Below are positions 51,705-64,000 of a stretch of 64,000 bases of DNA, piece by piece; within the stretch, counting starts at the first letter, position 1, and the number at the start of each line of letters is the position of its first letter. The stretch covers positions 14,944,001 through 15,008,000 of the forward strand of contig NC_087245.1 in the NCBI RefSeq assembly GCF_037042905.1, given 5' to 3'. A program made the translations under genes and the position numbers. The notes beneath the pieces are model-generated. The model saw nothing but the letters and a program-made list of their open reading frames with translations. It was not told where the DNA came from and did no database searches. The DNA comes from Lytechinus pictus (Eukaryota).

Positions 51705-52689
51705 CAGTGCGTATCAAAAAAAGTTTATACTTTGAAAAAGCCCTGGGAATTAGAAATTATACAACATGTGGGTAATTTTTCCACATATATTCTTGGGTTT
51801 GGGTCTCATCTATCCAATGAAAGTAAAAATTTTGACAGAATGTTACACTTGAGTGAGCACTGTCCATTTTTGTAAAGCTCGCAGAAATCTGTTTGCGCAG
51901 AAATGCTCGTTTTCACGATGTGTCAAGGGGAAAAGGCGAAATCAAACTTATCCTGCGATACATTTCTCATACATTTCCCTTGCACTTTTAGTCAATTGAA
52001 ATAAAACGGATACATGCAAGCATTTTGTAACAATTTGCCACCAAAAATCAAAATGTTAACACTTAGTAAGCACAACCTTTATCCTTTTTGTGCCAGCTGG
52101 ATCTGAGGACATAACTAAATATAAAACAAAAGCTTATATCAGACATCTCCAACATTTTTCACTAAGTGTTTATCACTTTAAATGGGTTTACATTTCATTT
52201 TTGTTTAATAAGTACTTGTTTCTCCACACTTTTCCCAAGCTTGACAATGATTAACAAAATGAAAATCAAGCCTAAGCCATTTCATGAAAATCACAGCTCA
52301 GTGTAAAGTAAATATCGTCACGATGGCTTCGGTGTGTGGGGGAGTGGGGTGGGGCGCAATGGCACTCTTCGAAGTGTTTTGGGCAAGGAAACAAGTTAAA
52401 AAATGTAAAAGATATCTTCAAATCAATTTTACTAGCTAAATTCCATGTGTTCTTCATGAGTAAGGTCTACTTTTATTCGCATAATTATTTCTGCACTAAT
52501 AATTTTTCACTAACTTTTCAAAAGTAAGTGGTGCTCACTCAAGCGGAAATATTTTTTGACAGTTATCTCGTCATTTGCTTAAATGGATCTGTATACCAAT
52601 GTTAAAATTTGGAAAAATCTTCAGGATATTACAAATGTATAATTTTACAGGACTTTTTCTAAGTGTCAACTTTTTTTTGATACGCACTG
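51705..52689. mobile_element. Tc1/mariner-type non-autonomous element, 985 bp
   Basis: TA|CAGTGCGTATCAAAAAAAGTT ... AACTTTTTTTTGATACGCACTG|TA. Confidence 0.85.
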
Positions 52690-53817
52690 TATTATACAAC
52701 ATGATTTGAGCCTCAAAAAAATTCCCAGGTCTCTCATATCACCATTCGAAACAAAACATGTAGTGGATTGATAGTGAAAATATCAACAAAATTGCTATAC
52801 CATGTATGTGTATAATTCGATCATGGAATTATAGACAGGCACTTTCTATTTTAGATGAGATATGCACATGAGACGCTGCTGTATAATATATACATGTAAT
52901 TTAATATCCATAAAAATTCGATACGATATACCTTGGAAATAAAGACTGGTTCGGGCATAAAGCGAAATGAATTTTCAGTTTACGACTTCCTCATTTCAAA
53001 TTACAACCTAGCGTTACACGTTAGGAGCAGTTCTATAGGCTTTTCGGTATGATAACCTCCCAATTAATTAATCAATTAATTATTTTGTTTCTACTATTCA
53101 TGAAACGCTTTATGTAAGTTAGGCAATTCTACTTTGAATTCAGTAAGAGTGTGTGCTCTTTCAAGGATCCCTCTCCAGTTCTCATTTCTCTGAGGTATAA
53201 TGTCAAACATAATTTTTGGTGAGGTTCTTTTTCCCGCCCAAAGAGAATAGATTTTTTTTTTTTTTTTACATAACATACATAATATGCACACATTGATATC
53301 AACAAGGCCTACATCGTTTCCATTTTTAGTCCTTGTGCAAGGATGTACCGATGGATGGAGATTTATACCCCGAATACCTTGTGTTGAGTCATGCACCTTA
53401 TTAGTGACTACATAGCCAGGGAAGGTGCTGATATACAGATAATTAGAAACTCACTTCAGACGAAACGTCAAGAAAATCTCATTATTTCACTGATCGACAA
53501 TGCCGAATATCCTAATTAAATAACTCCTAATTAATTAACGCGTTAAAGGCAAATTTGCTTCGACATCAAGTTATTTTTGATAAAAGCAGAAGGTAAACGA
53601 AACATGCTAATAAAATATGGCGGAAATCCATTGAAAAGTAATAAAAATTTTGACTTATGATTTTGTGGCATCACATTCGACAAGTTCACATTTTTTTTTT
53701 ATATACAGGTCATGATAATTTTAGTTTTTCCTTTATATACAAACATGCATGTATGAAATAATTGGTCTGATTTAAATATTACATCATAATTATGCACCGA
53801 CAAATGATCTTTGTGTG

Positions 53818-54182
53818 GAGGAGCCGTGGTGTAGTGGTTCTGACTCTCGCCTTGTAAACAGAGGGTCGTGTGTTCGAATCCCACCGCGGTCTGGCGTCCT
53901 TTGGCAAGGCGTTAATCCACACTTTGCCACTCTCGACCCAGGTACTAAATGGGTACCCGGTAGGATGTGAAAGTCATTGTAGCTTGTCCAGTACTGTGTG
54001 CGCCTCACCGGCGACTGACTGGAATACTCCCCAGGGAGTGGAGGATGTGCACACATTGTGTGCGGGAATGACTGATTGAATCCGATGACCGGGGTAATAA
54101 TATATCTGTAAAGCACTTAGACACGTCGTTCCGATGTATAAAGCGCTATATAAAAAACCGGATTATTATTATTATTATTATC
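53818..54182 (+). mobile_element. Apparently full-length tRNA-derived SINE with L2-like 3' end and (ATT)n tail
   Basis: Box A TGGTGTAGTGG, box B GTTCGAATCC, central CTCGACCCAGGT...AAATGGGTACC, 3' TGTAAAGCAC...AAAGCGCTATATAAA then ATTATTATT. Confidence 0.85.
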
Positions 54183-57100
54183 TTTAATTCTTTAAGCAAA
54201 TGGTAATGACTGTCTTATCATTTTAATTGATTTTTGACAATCCATTTTTCTCTTTTTATTGAAACCATCTTTACATCAGGGTCGACTTCCTTGAAAGAAC
54301 CGTCCTGGTTGACAGACATGCAAAAACTATTCTGGTTATATGACTATCTCCTGTTATGTAGGCCTATATGCAAGGAATTTTGCAAATTAGGCCTCGTCAT
54401 AATTATAGCAAAGCCAATTGGCATATCAGTTGCAATATTACCGATAGAACAAGAATTAAATATGATAGTCACTCCATTGATTGCCAATTATGGGCAATTC
54501 CGTAAAATAATCAACCTTTTTGTACATCCGACCCCCATTTTTCTCAGTTCTTACTTCACTTCATAAACTGACCAAGTCATGATCATTTGAGAATATTACA
54601 GACTATCAAAAGAAGCAGAAGTCAGAGACAGAAAATTTCATGAAGGACATGGGGTCGGATGTATACATAAGTTGCCCCCAATGTTATAATTTGGTGTTCA
54701 TTATTCTCTTTTATATATACATTATCTTTTTGACAATCAACCGAAACCATACATTGTTCGAAAATGAAAAATTGCCATTGTGGCTGTGTATGTAGTAATA
54801 GCATGCTCTAAATGAGGTAGACAGGGACTTTTAACTTCGTGCGAATTTTTAGTTGATCAACAATGATTAACCAAAACTTTATGAAGAAGTTTCTAGAGAA
54901 CTTAGATTTAATATATAGGCCTATGACAATTATAATTCATAAGATAAAATGGCTTTTTATACATACCTCGAGGTATAAGCCAGATCCGCAATAATAATCC
55001 TCAAATGAACATCATAGTCCATCCAAGAGCTACATCATCATAAGCACTTCACATCGTCATGAACGTCGCCACTCACCTCCAGTATCGATATCTCTTCAGT
55101 TGTGGCGGCAAGCAAACCTAAACACTCTATTTAAGTGTGTTTGCAGGAAGGTCGTTGAGTTTGCAGACGACGCGCTCGTGTGATCGCGATACGTATCTTG
55201 CACGGTGAGGTTGTAAAATCTTTGAAAACCCGTGGGGCCACTTAACAGCATATGAAGACCGATATTGCTGTAAACTGCAAGATAAGGGGCAATTTCACTG
55301 GTCAATGTGTATCCATGAAGTCATGGGTTTAGGATGGGCGCCGCTTCCCCTAATCAAAATACCCAGGAGCTGCCCTTGATTAAGGCAAAGAGTAAAATGA
55401 AAAATTCTTGAAGGTTAACACAGATGATGGAAAGCGACTACTCGGAATGATCAAGTGTCCGCATTTCACTTTCGTATCCGTTGACGAGGTGTAATTATTT
55501 ATTCAGTCTAAGGTTGAACAAGTAAGATAGATTCACAATTTGTCCGCCCGTCATGATTTCATTTCGGCATCGGTTTCATATAGGACCCTATCGGTCATCT
55601 AGGGCTCATCTGCTTTAACTCCAAGTAATAAACGAAAGTCAATTACATTAAAACCACGAAAAATGGATCAAAATGTTAAATGTTTTACGTGCTTCCGGAT
55701 GATGCCCTACTTTATCAAATTTAAGAAACGTAAATCCATGATGAAAGGTTTTCAGTATTTATCCCCTTTCGTATTTAAAAAAAAAACTTTACCTACCAAA
55801 AATAATTTTCGTGCCCTAACCTATATACTTGCCGGCAAGAAACATTTCCGGTGTATGTGCGGAAAATAATTGAGAAAGGGGATGTTTGTGTTGTCTTTTC
55901 CAGCACGAAACACGGAATCAAACTTTACATTCGAATTTTATAGACAAGACGTCGCGTTTGGATTGTTTGGATTCTTAAGCTTGGAGACAAGCCTGCAGAA
56001 CCAAGCGGAGTTACTTTTGAAATACATCCACCTTTAAGTCGCATTACCTTTCGGTGAATCAATCAATACCACATAACTCTTTAAGTGAATGAACGGCGGA
56101 ATCGCGATCTCGAGCTACAATTAGATATCCAAGGTAACATTACTAACTTTCTCTGGGAATATTCTCTTTCTGGCTGATATTTTCATGTGACAAGAATAAG
56201 AAAAAGTAAAGAGAGAGGACAAAATACGTATAAATTTGAACAGTCAATGCATTAATGTCTCTGTTACGACTGTCATGAAATTGTGTCAGGTCAAGTGACA
56301 TAATTTTTTTATGTGATATACCAGCATTAATATGACTTTGTTTACATTCATTTGGGGATAAAATTATGTTGAATGTTGTCATAAATCAATTTCTTCGGAT
56401 TTTCGAGAGATTTGCACGCTGGATTTTGTGAATTAAACCATTCAGCCGTTTGGCTTCGGGAAACTTGACGCATATACTAGTATATGTCTCTATAAGCGAG
56501 TAGTGAAAAGATAATAGGGAATGGAGGGACAGGGAAGAAAAGATGGAAAAACAAAGAAAAGATAAAAAATATCGTATTCGCTTGACTACGATTGCGTATT
56601 GTACCAACCATCATTTAGCAACATCATTTTGTTTCGAAATTCTATGAGTATTTTAGCGGGGATTTTTGTTTTCTTATTTTACCTTTGTCTGTTGGGCCCC
56701 ACCTGTTTTTAGTGGCCTTTTTTTAAAACATTCAAGTTATTTCTTGATTATGTAGCCTCTATCCACTATATGATTATCAGAACAAGTTCTGCTACCCTAC
56801 AAGACTTGCGAATTCACGTTCCAATATCTGCATGAGATTGGTATTACCGCTGGCTTCCTTCGGCCATTTAGCTCTCCGCCTCTTATCCTATTATCCCGAA
56901 TAAGTAGATTCTTCTGTATACATCTCAGTCTTGAAAGTCAATTATATAATTTGTATCTTGTTTTATCTGAACTTATGTATATTTTATTTTTATTTTTATT
57001 ACTGTGGAATTATAGTTAGAGGGTGTATGAATAATAGATTCACATGAGTGTATAAGCGTAAGATAATTGTCTACCTTGATATATCACCCCTTATCATCTT

Positions 57101-59649
57101 TGGTCCTCTAAGAGCCTATTTAGCCCGAAACAAGATCATGCATGAATCATGTGAATGCTAATCGAATTTGAACCACTTTGTGAGAGTAACTATCTTTCGG
57201 GCATCACATATTGGGGAATGTACCCTCATGCTTTCTAGCTCTGAAGTCCTATTTGAATTACTTCTACCTTGATATCGTAACGAATTTAAGTTTGATTTTA
57301 AAGCTGTTTTTTTATGAAGAAATCTTTATCAACGGAATGATTGTTCTATTTTTATACGACTATTCAATTACCCTTCATATGTAATTTCATCTGATTCGCA
57401 TATCGGCCGCGTATAGCTCTTTGCAAACTTTTGCTCCCGTAAGTGGCGCACTGGTCACGTGCCCCACCCCCACCCGTCCCCCCCTCGATACGCTTCTATG
57501 TCGGTTTGGAGTCGTGGTACCGATTCTATATCCTCAACTTTATGGATTTCATAAAGCCTTCTTATTCCATCTCAAATATTGATTCTTTGAGAGAGGCCGT
57601 TAATCTACCGTAGATGGTAAAGGAGTCTTATATGGATTAGGTTCCATCGATGTGAATAATTTTTAGGTCAGTTTTGACAGCTGGAATAACGTTTTATAAT
57701 CCATCTTACTTAATCTATGAAGGAGAGGCATTTCCTATGCCATTTACGGGATTTACCTCATCATCCCCACCTCTCCAACGTTATAAAACAGCTAAAATAC
57801 TTTGTTTATCAATTGTGATCAAAATTGTAATACAGGACCGGCGAATGTGTTATCTTGTTTTGAAAACTCATCTGGTCTAAGCTTCATGCAAACTTATTAA
57901 AAACGACATCCTGAGACACCATGGATCCGGTAACTGAATTCCATATTCATTTCGTTACCTGGCAACCGTTTCATCTTGAGACTAAAATCTGACAATCAGT
58001 AAGAGGAAAGGACTTATTACTAACCTAAATATTGAGTGGATGGATGCTTCTCACTCTTGTCAATTTATGTCGCTTATAAAGTCAGATTATTACGTTGTCG
58101 CTCCAATTTAAAAATATTTTTTTCTGCTTAATGTTGGGATAATTTGTAATGAAAATAATTTGCATAAGATTTATAAGTAAGGCACTTTACAACCTTCATT
58201 TTTTGTCGATGTATAAATTGAACTCAGTTTAAGTTCCCTATTGGCATTTCTGTGTTTCGATATTTCTCCCTTGGCAGTGTCTTTTATCCATTCGTTTAGG
58301 CCTAGTGCACTTAGCATTGCATAAATTCAGAACGAATGTTTTTACTACTTACTTTTCTAAAATAGTCTTTATAGCTACGCCTCGGGATTATCCATGATTT
58401 CATTTGCATATAAATGCACCGTAATAGCAGCCTAGTCAAAACTTCGGATTAAGTAATAGCTCCAGAAGTTATCCCGTCAGTACAACATTTCCAGTTTTAA
58501 AAATGAACTATATAAAAATGAAAAATATGTTATATTGTATCTTATTTCATTTGACATGGTGATCAGAAGTTAGGTATATACCATGTATACCATTGGCTCA
58601 ATTTCATATCTCAATTTTGACATGCATGCTGGTCCATGGGTGCAATTTTACGAACATTTTATGAAGAAAAGATAAATGAAAGAAAAATATATATACCGGC
58701 ATTCAACCTTTCAAAAGAATTGTCATTGTACGAGCTTGATTGAAAAAATATCATTTTACCAGACTTGCAACCTTCATCACTCCAAGAAAATAGTCATATT
58801 TGAAAAAATGGGCCTATTTCAGAATCCCTTGTCTCTTATTCCAAGGCGCTGTTTTCAAATACTGAAGAAACAGATTTTTATATAAAGTCGGATCTAAGCT
58901 GCCGAGTGATTCATTTTTATATCACTGCGATATTTTGTATATTTCATAAGTATCCTAGTAGAAGGAAATGCAAAATCGATCAAAGGTAAGGTTTCTCAAG
59001 TTCGAACGCTCTAAAACCATTTATTTTAGCCCCTCTTTTCCTAGCTCCTTTCCTCCGAGTAACATTGGCCCCCATGCATGTTTATTTAGGCACGGACTCC
59101 CGTGCAATTATATCGATGTATGCGGCATTGATGCCATCCTCTGATGACACATATTCCCATCATACCCTTCATTCAGATTTGTAATCGACAAAATCAAAAC
59201 CGTTTGGGATTTCAAAAAACCTCAAGTACTTCTGGAATACCATATTATGAGGGAAAAGGGAAGGAAACGCTGTTATGTTGCTTTATTCAAGCATGATGTT
59301 TATTTCTTTAAAATTAATTTCTTTCCACCTACAATCATCGGTATGTTTATCAGCGATGAGACTCATTGTCATAAGCAATTGGTATTTTCATTTCATTCAT
59401 GTTTCAATTAGGCCTATATGTTTTGTTTTTACTTCCTCTTTTTGAAATAATTTATAGTCACTAAAAATATAACAAGGCTGTATTTTCCTAAATAAGATGA
59501 TAATTATGAATGACTCAAATCGGTGAAAATAATACTACTGCGTTTAAGACGCATACTTGAAAATATAGGAAAAACTCAACACAGAGTTACGTTTTTATTC
59601 TATAATGGTTACAAAATCGACGAGGCTCTATCCCTGTATTCGTTAAATG

Positions 59650-59765
59650 CCTAGCTTACAGGGTAGCAGAAACTCCCATCTTTGGTCAGCATGACGCGGT
59701 CGGCCGGGGTTTGAACTCCTGACCTCCCGGTTGTGAGACGGACGCTCTACCAACTGAGCCAACAC
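59650..59765 (-). mobile_element. tRNA-derived SINE 5' fragment
   Basis: Minus strand GTGTTGGCTCAGTTGGTAGAGCG...GGAGTTCAAACCCC followed by non-tRNA sequence. Confidence 0.65.
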
Positions 59766-60068
59766 ATGTAATGGGGTGGTGTCTTCTGCGATTGCAGGTC
59801 TTTTACTATAGAAAGAATACAAGTGTGCAGCTCAAGTGAGCCATTCTATTCTATAGTCTCTGAGTTTGTCCGAGTGCATTATTTTCTCTTGTCATTTATT
59901 CACCAATCAATCTGAGAACAAAGTTCAATTTCATTCGAGCTTTATATACAGAGAGGTGTATGTTGTCTAGAAATTCTGTTAATTTAGTTAATTGATGACT
60001 AGAACCATGAAGAGACAGCATGTCCACATAAAACATAATCCACCAACGGACGTCACATGAAGTTAACG

Positions 60069-60345
60069 AATTTAATAATGCCTACTTACCCTGAAAAGAT
60101 ATATAATAACATAAAATTAGAAACACAGTCTGTCACGGTCACCGGCAGCGAAGCAAGGCAAAACAGATCATAATTAGAGAACAGAGCAAAGAAAAGAAAA
60201 GAAATTAATTTAATAATGCCTACTTACCCTGAAAAGAAATATAATAACATGAAATTAGAAACACAGTCTGTGACGGTCAGCCAGCGAAGCAAGGCAAAAC
60301 AGATCATAATAAGAGAACAGAGCAAGCAGAGCAAAGACAAGAAAA
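60069..60345. repeat. 138-bp tandem duplication (2 copies)
   Basis: AATTTAATAATGCCTACTTACCCTGAAAAG...GAGAACAGAGCAA starts at 60069 and again at 60207, with few differences. Confidence 0.9.
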
Positions 60346-63300
60346 GAAACAATCAAAACAAAGCAAAGAAAAGCTAAGAAAGAAAGAAAAAAAAATTAAA
60401 GGAAAGAGAGGCCTGCAGCGTTTAATCAACATTATTCGTCCGACAAATTGTCATCTCTGACAACTTTCCTTTGTTTTGATTATATGAGACTGAAGCACTG
60501 TTACTATGGTAACTGTCAGATAAAACATGACTTGACGGATAAAACCGCAGACAAAATCTTTTGATAAAAATGCTCCCTTGCCGGTAAATGCAAAACAAAT
60601 GAAATAAAAACGAATAAGAGCGAAGCAATGCAAATCACACTAAATAAATGCAAAGCAACAACAAATCATAATCAATCGCGAAGCAAATTATAAGCATCCC
60701 CTATAACGTGCTCGTATCATATACACATAAACCAACTAAACCAAGTGTAGCATGCCCTATGATATTATCAAACCATAAAAATCCCCCAAATCCTACCATG
60801 TCAGAGTTTTAAATAACGGAAATTAATATAAAGGACATAAATTCAAATTATTCACATGTATTTACATGTAAGCACACATATAGGCCCTTAATAATCACCA
60901 ATTTTCGAAACATAAGCTGGTTGAGATGTTGTTTGGAACCATGCACTCTAAGAAATAGGTTTGTTTAACCATGGATCTAGTAGGTCCATGGTTAAACATG
61001 ATTATGAACTTACCGACTGTTGCTTCGTTTACATGCAATTTTCTTTCAGCCAACACAGTCACAGTAAAAAAAAAAACCCGCTGTTTAAAAGATTATACAT
61101 CGTTGTTTACTATAGGACATAAGTAGTTGTTTAAACCATGGACCTATAAGGTCCATGTTTAAACGGTACAAGTGTTTAAATTCTTAAATAACAAAGTTTA
61201 ATATTTCAATATCTAATTTGCTGTGTAATTGTATTTTCTATAATAAATATTAAAGAATCTTCAACCAAGGTGTGGGTTGGTGATGATGATGATAATAAGA
61301 GACATGTGGATGGAGGGGTAGAGAGAGGGTGGCCCGGAAGGAGAATAGAGAGAGGGAAGAGATGGAGAGAGAGGGAGAGAGTGATAGGAGATGGAAGTTG
61401 TACAGAGGGTAATCGTGATAATGTCGTAGACGGCGCTGGACTTTCAAAGTCCAGAGAGTTCTTGAGCTCTGGAAGCACACTTTCAAATGGCCGGTTGTCC
61501 CCCCACCTCTCAAATCTCGAATTCCTATTTCTCTTAAAAAGTGACAAGCAACCTCAATGAATCGTCGCGTCTGCGTTTTTATTTTTATAAACGTTTATTA
61601 TTATTGCTATTTATTCGACCAATATAATTTTTTTCTTCAAAAGATCATCATTAAGATATACTTTTGAAACAAAAAAACTTTTTCATTGACCAAAGTCACC
61701 TGTTTCCATTTACATAAATTTCTTCTTACTTATTAATACCTTGTTAAGTATTTTAAAATAAGGAAAAACAGAAAATGGGGAAAATGTGACTTGAAACTAC
61801 TTTTTTAGAGTGCGTGCAGACGTTGGAGGGCGGGTTGTGTTTTTCACTGCTTTTCCTTATTCAACTATTTATCCTAATAATCAATTCATCAGGAAAACAA
61901 TGTTTTCATTTACTTTTCACTTTTAATTAATCATTCTAGTCAGTAAAGATATTTAATGTACTAATTTGTAGTAGAAACAGTGTAGGCCCAATCCGCTCTT
62001 CGTGCCCCAATGATTCAGTGATTCACAATAAACTGAACAATGATAAACAAAGTTTCACATTATTCTGAGGGGCTGTGGAACTTTTCCCTCAGATTGTGTA
62101 CAAAACCGTAAAAATGAACTTCTGATTTTGAATTTTTTTGCATGATCAGCCTCCCGGCCCCTCCCCCACTTTCAAAACCAGTGCGGCGCTTGTATTCAGG
62201 GTGGAAAAATACATTTCTTTTCAAATATATATAGGCCAGACAAATAAAAAAAAATAGCGAGTCCTTCATTTACTTTGTGCCAAAATATGCACCCATGCCC
62301 ATACGCAAAATTTTTTCGCCAGGCTGGGGGGGGGGGGGGGGGGGGGGGAGGGGCAGCATGGCTTAAACTAAAGTTTTAAAAGAAATTCGAAAGCGAGGGA
62401 GCGAAGCAACCGAGCTTGTCATTGGGACACCTTTACACTATAAAGTGAAATTGAAGGATTTCGTGTGTGGTGAATTTTGTGAACATTTTCAGTAAAAAAA
62501 AAAAGTAATTTTTCATTTCTGGGGGCAACTGCCCGGGCCTCTGCCACCCCCACTGCGTACGGTCATGTATGCATCAACTGCTTTGGGAGGCGAAATCTGA
62601 CGTCGTAAATTTCTTAGTAGTGTCTACATCCAATTATATTTTTTAGTGTTATCCATCAACTTTTTGTTGGGGTGCATAGACTTAAACTTTCAAGTTTAAA
62701 TTGTCCCTGCATGGATAGTTTCAACGCATTTTTTTCCATAATAATGAGCTGAAAATTTTATTCTGAAAGATATGGGCTATGAATTTCCAAGGTCGATTTG
62801 AAAGCACACGAGGGTCGAGGTAAAACAACAAGTATAGCACCATATGATTCAATTTACTCATATAATATATCTATATGAATTATTTACTATACCATAAGGT
62901 AACACCCTTACGTTGTATCTTTATCATCTGCTAATTTCAATTATTGGTAGATTTTTCTTTCTCCAAGTATTTGAAAAAAACATATCTAAGTAGCAATGAT
63001 GATTTTTTAAATTTCTGATTTTAGTAAAAAGTAAGATAAAAAAATATATATGAAGATATTCATGTATATATGACCTGATTTTTATCAGTCATTTTAGTGG
63101 AGATTATTATTATTTTTTATATTTATTTTATTTTGCTTGTGGTAGACTATTTTCGCACGCGCGCTATATGCATGCTTTGAGCGCAGAATTTGTCTGATAA
63201 TTTCAGCTGGTCTTGACACACAGGGATTAATGGCGTTCAGCTCAAAATTTTGTCGTTTTTAAGCCTTCAATCTTGGCGTATTTCAAACTCAAGTGGTGGA

Positions 63301-64000
63301 TTTAAAGGTTATTACAGGTGGAGGTGACATTATCGGATCGAGAAGGTGGTTTTGTAGCTCTTAAATGGACAACTCTGTTGTATTTTAGGAGGATAATTCC
63401 TCCCGTTCCGGCTTTTTCTTTTGTCGCCGACATTCTCCGACTGTGACCGGTAACAAAGCCCGTGCAGGGCCCACGGTGCAGAGATCGTTCATTCATTTAG
63501 TCCAGCTGCAAGTGCAACTCTGATTTTTCTGAGTACGATAGTCGATACCGTAACTTCCGTAGCTTCGGCCTTACCTTCGTCGGGGTATTAAGCCGACAAA
63601 TTATAGCGTTTCGCCTGCACTAGGAGATAGTCTTGATCTTGGTCGACGTCCACACCACACAAATTTTTCTCAACTCCACTAGTCTCCAGTCAAGGAAAGG
63701 CAAGTCAGCCGGGGAAGAGAATGGCAGATAAAGGTGGATCAATTGACCTGAAATGGGTGGTAAGTTTACCATGTTTACGGAGATATAATCTATCAAGGCC
63801 TAGGCCATTCACACTATTGCGAGGTTAGTATATTCTATACGAACCTCGCACAACCATCGTGTTTTTGTAGTGGATTTTAGAGTTGTCGTTAACATCGCTT
63901 CATAACGTTAATGCACTCATCCTACGAACGAGGTTATAATATAACCTCGTTCTCGTGTGTATACACTAGCATGGCCAAAAAAAGCATCGACTATTTTCCT

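Noticed and set aside
53818..53890. tRNA genes here and near 5700, 37050, 41430 and 59760
   Set aside because: Boxes A and B are present but the acceptor stems do not pair, and the better-preserved copies continue into SINE bodies and tails.

Overview
This is AT-rich, intron- and repeat-rich animal genomic DNA, not prokaryotic. The SINE and MITE types suggest a marine invertebrate such as a sea urchin, which is an inference. Two host genes are supported, both on the minus strand. One is a complete 10-coding-exon CHID1 (chitinase domain-containing protein 1, GH18-like, 393 aa, 9689..1566). The other is a 414-aa single-coding-exon coiled-coil plus NHL/beta-propeller protein (30798..29554) resembling a TRIM-NHL protein without RING or B-box. 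The standout feature is a 3,091-bp miniature Polinton/Maverick-like element (17273..20363). It has AGTAGT...ACTACT termini, a 6-bp target-site duplication (AATATA), nearly identical 736/718-bp TIRs carrying DR1 and CRE motifs, a 10-bp tandem array, and a single C2H2 zinc-finger ORF broken by one in-frame stop. It lacks polymerase, integrase and capsid genes. The rest of the window holds a CR1 LINE fragment, several tRNA-derived SINEs, many non-autonomous DNA transposons with 2-, 5-, 8- and 9-bp target duplications, a perfect intronic hairpin, and a duplicated acceptor-G-donor cassette that could be a 1-nt microexon or recursive splice site. Most short ORFs in the supplied track are spurious.
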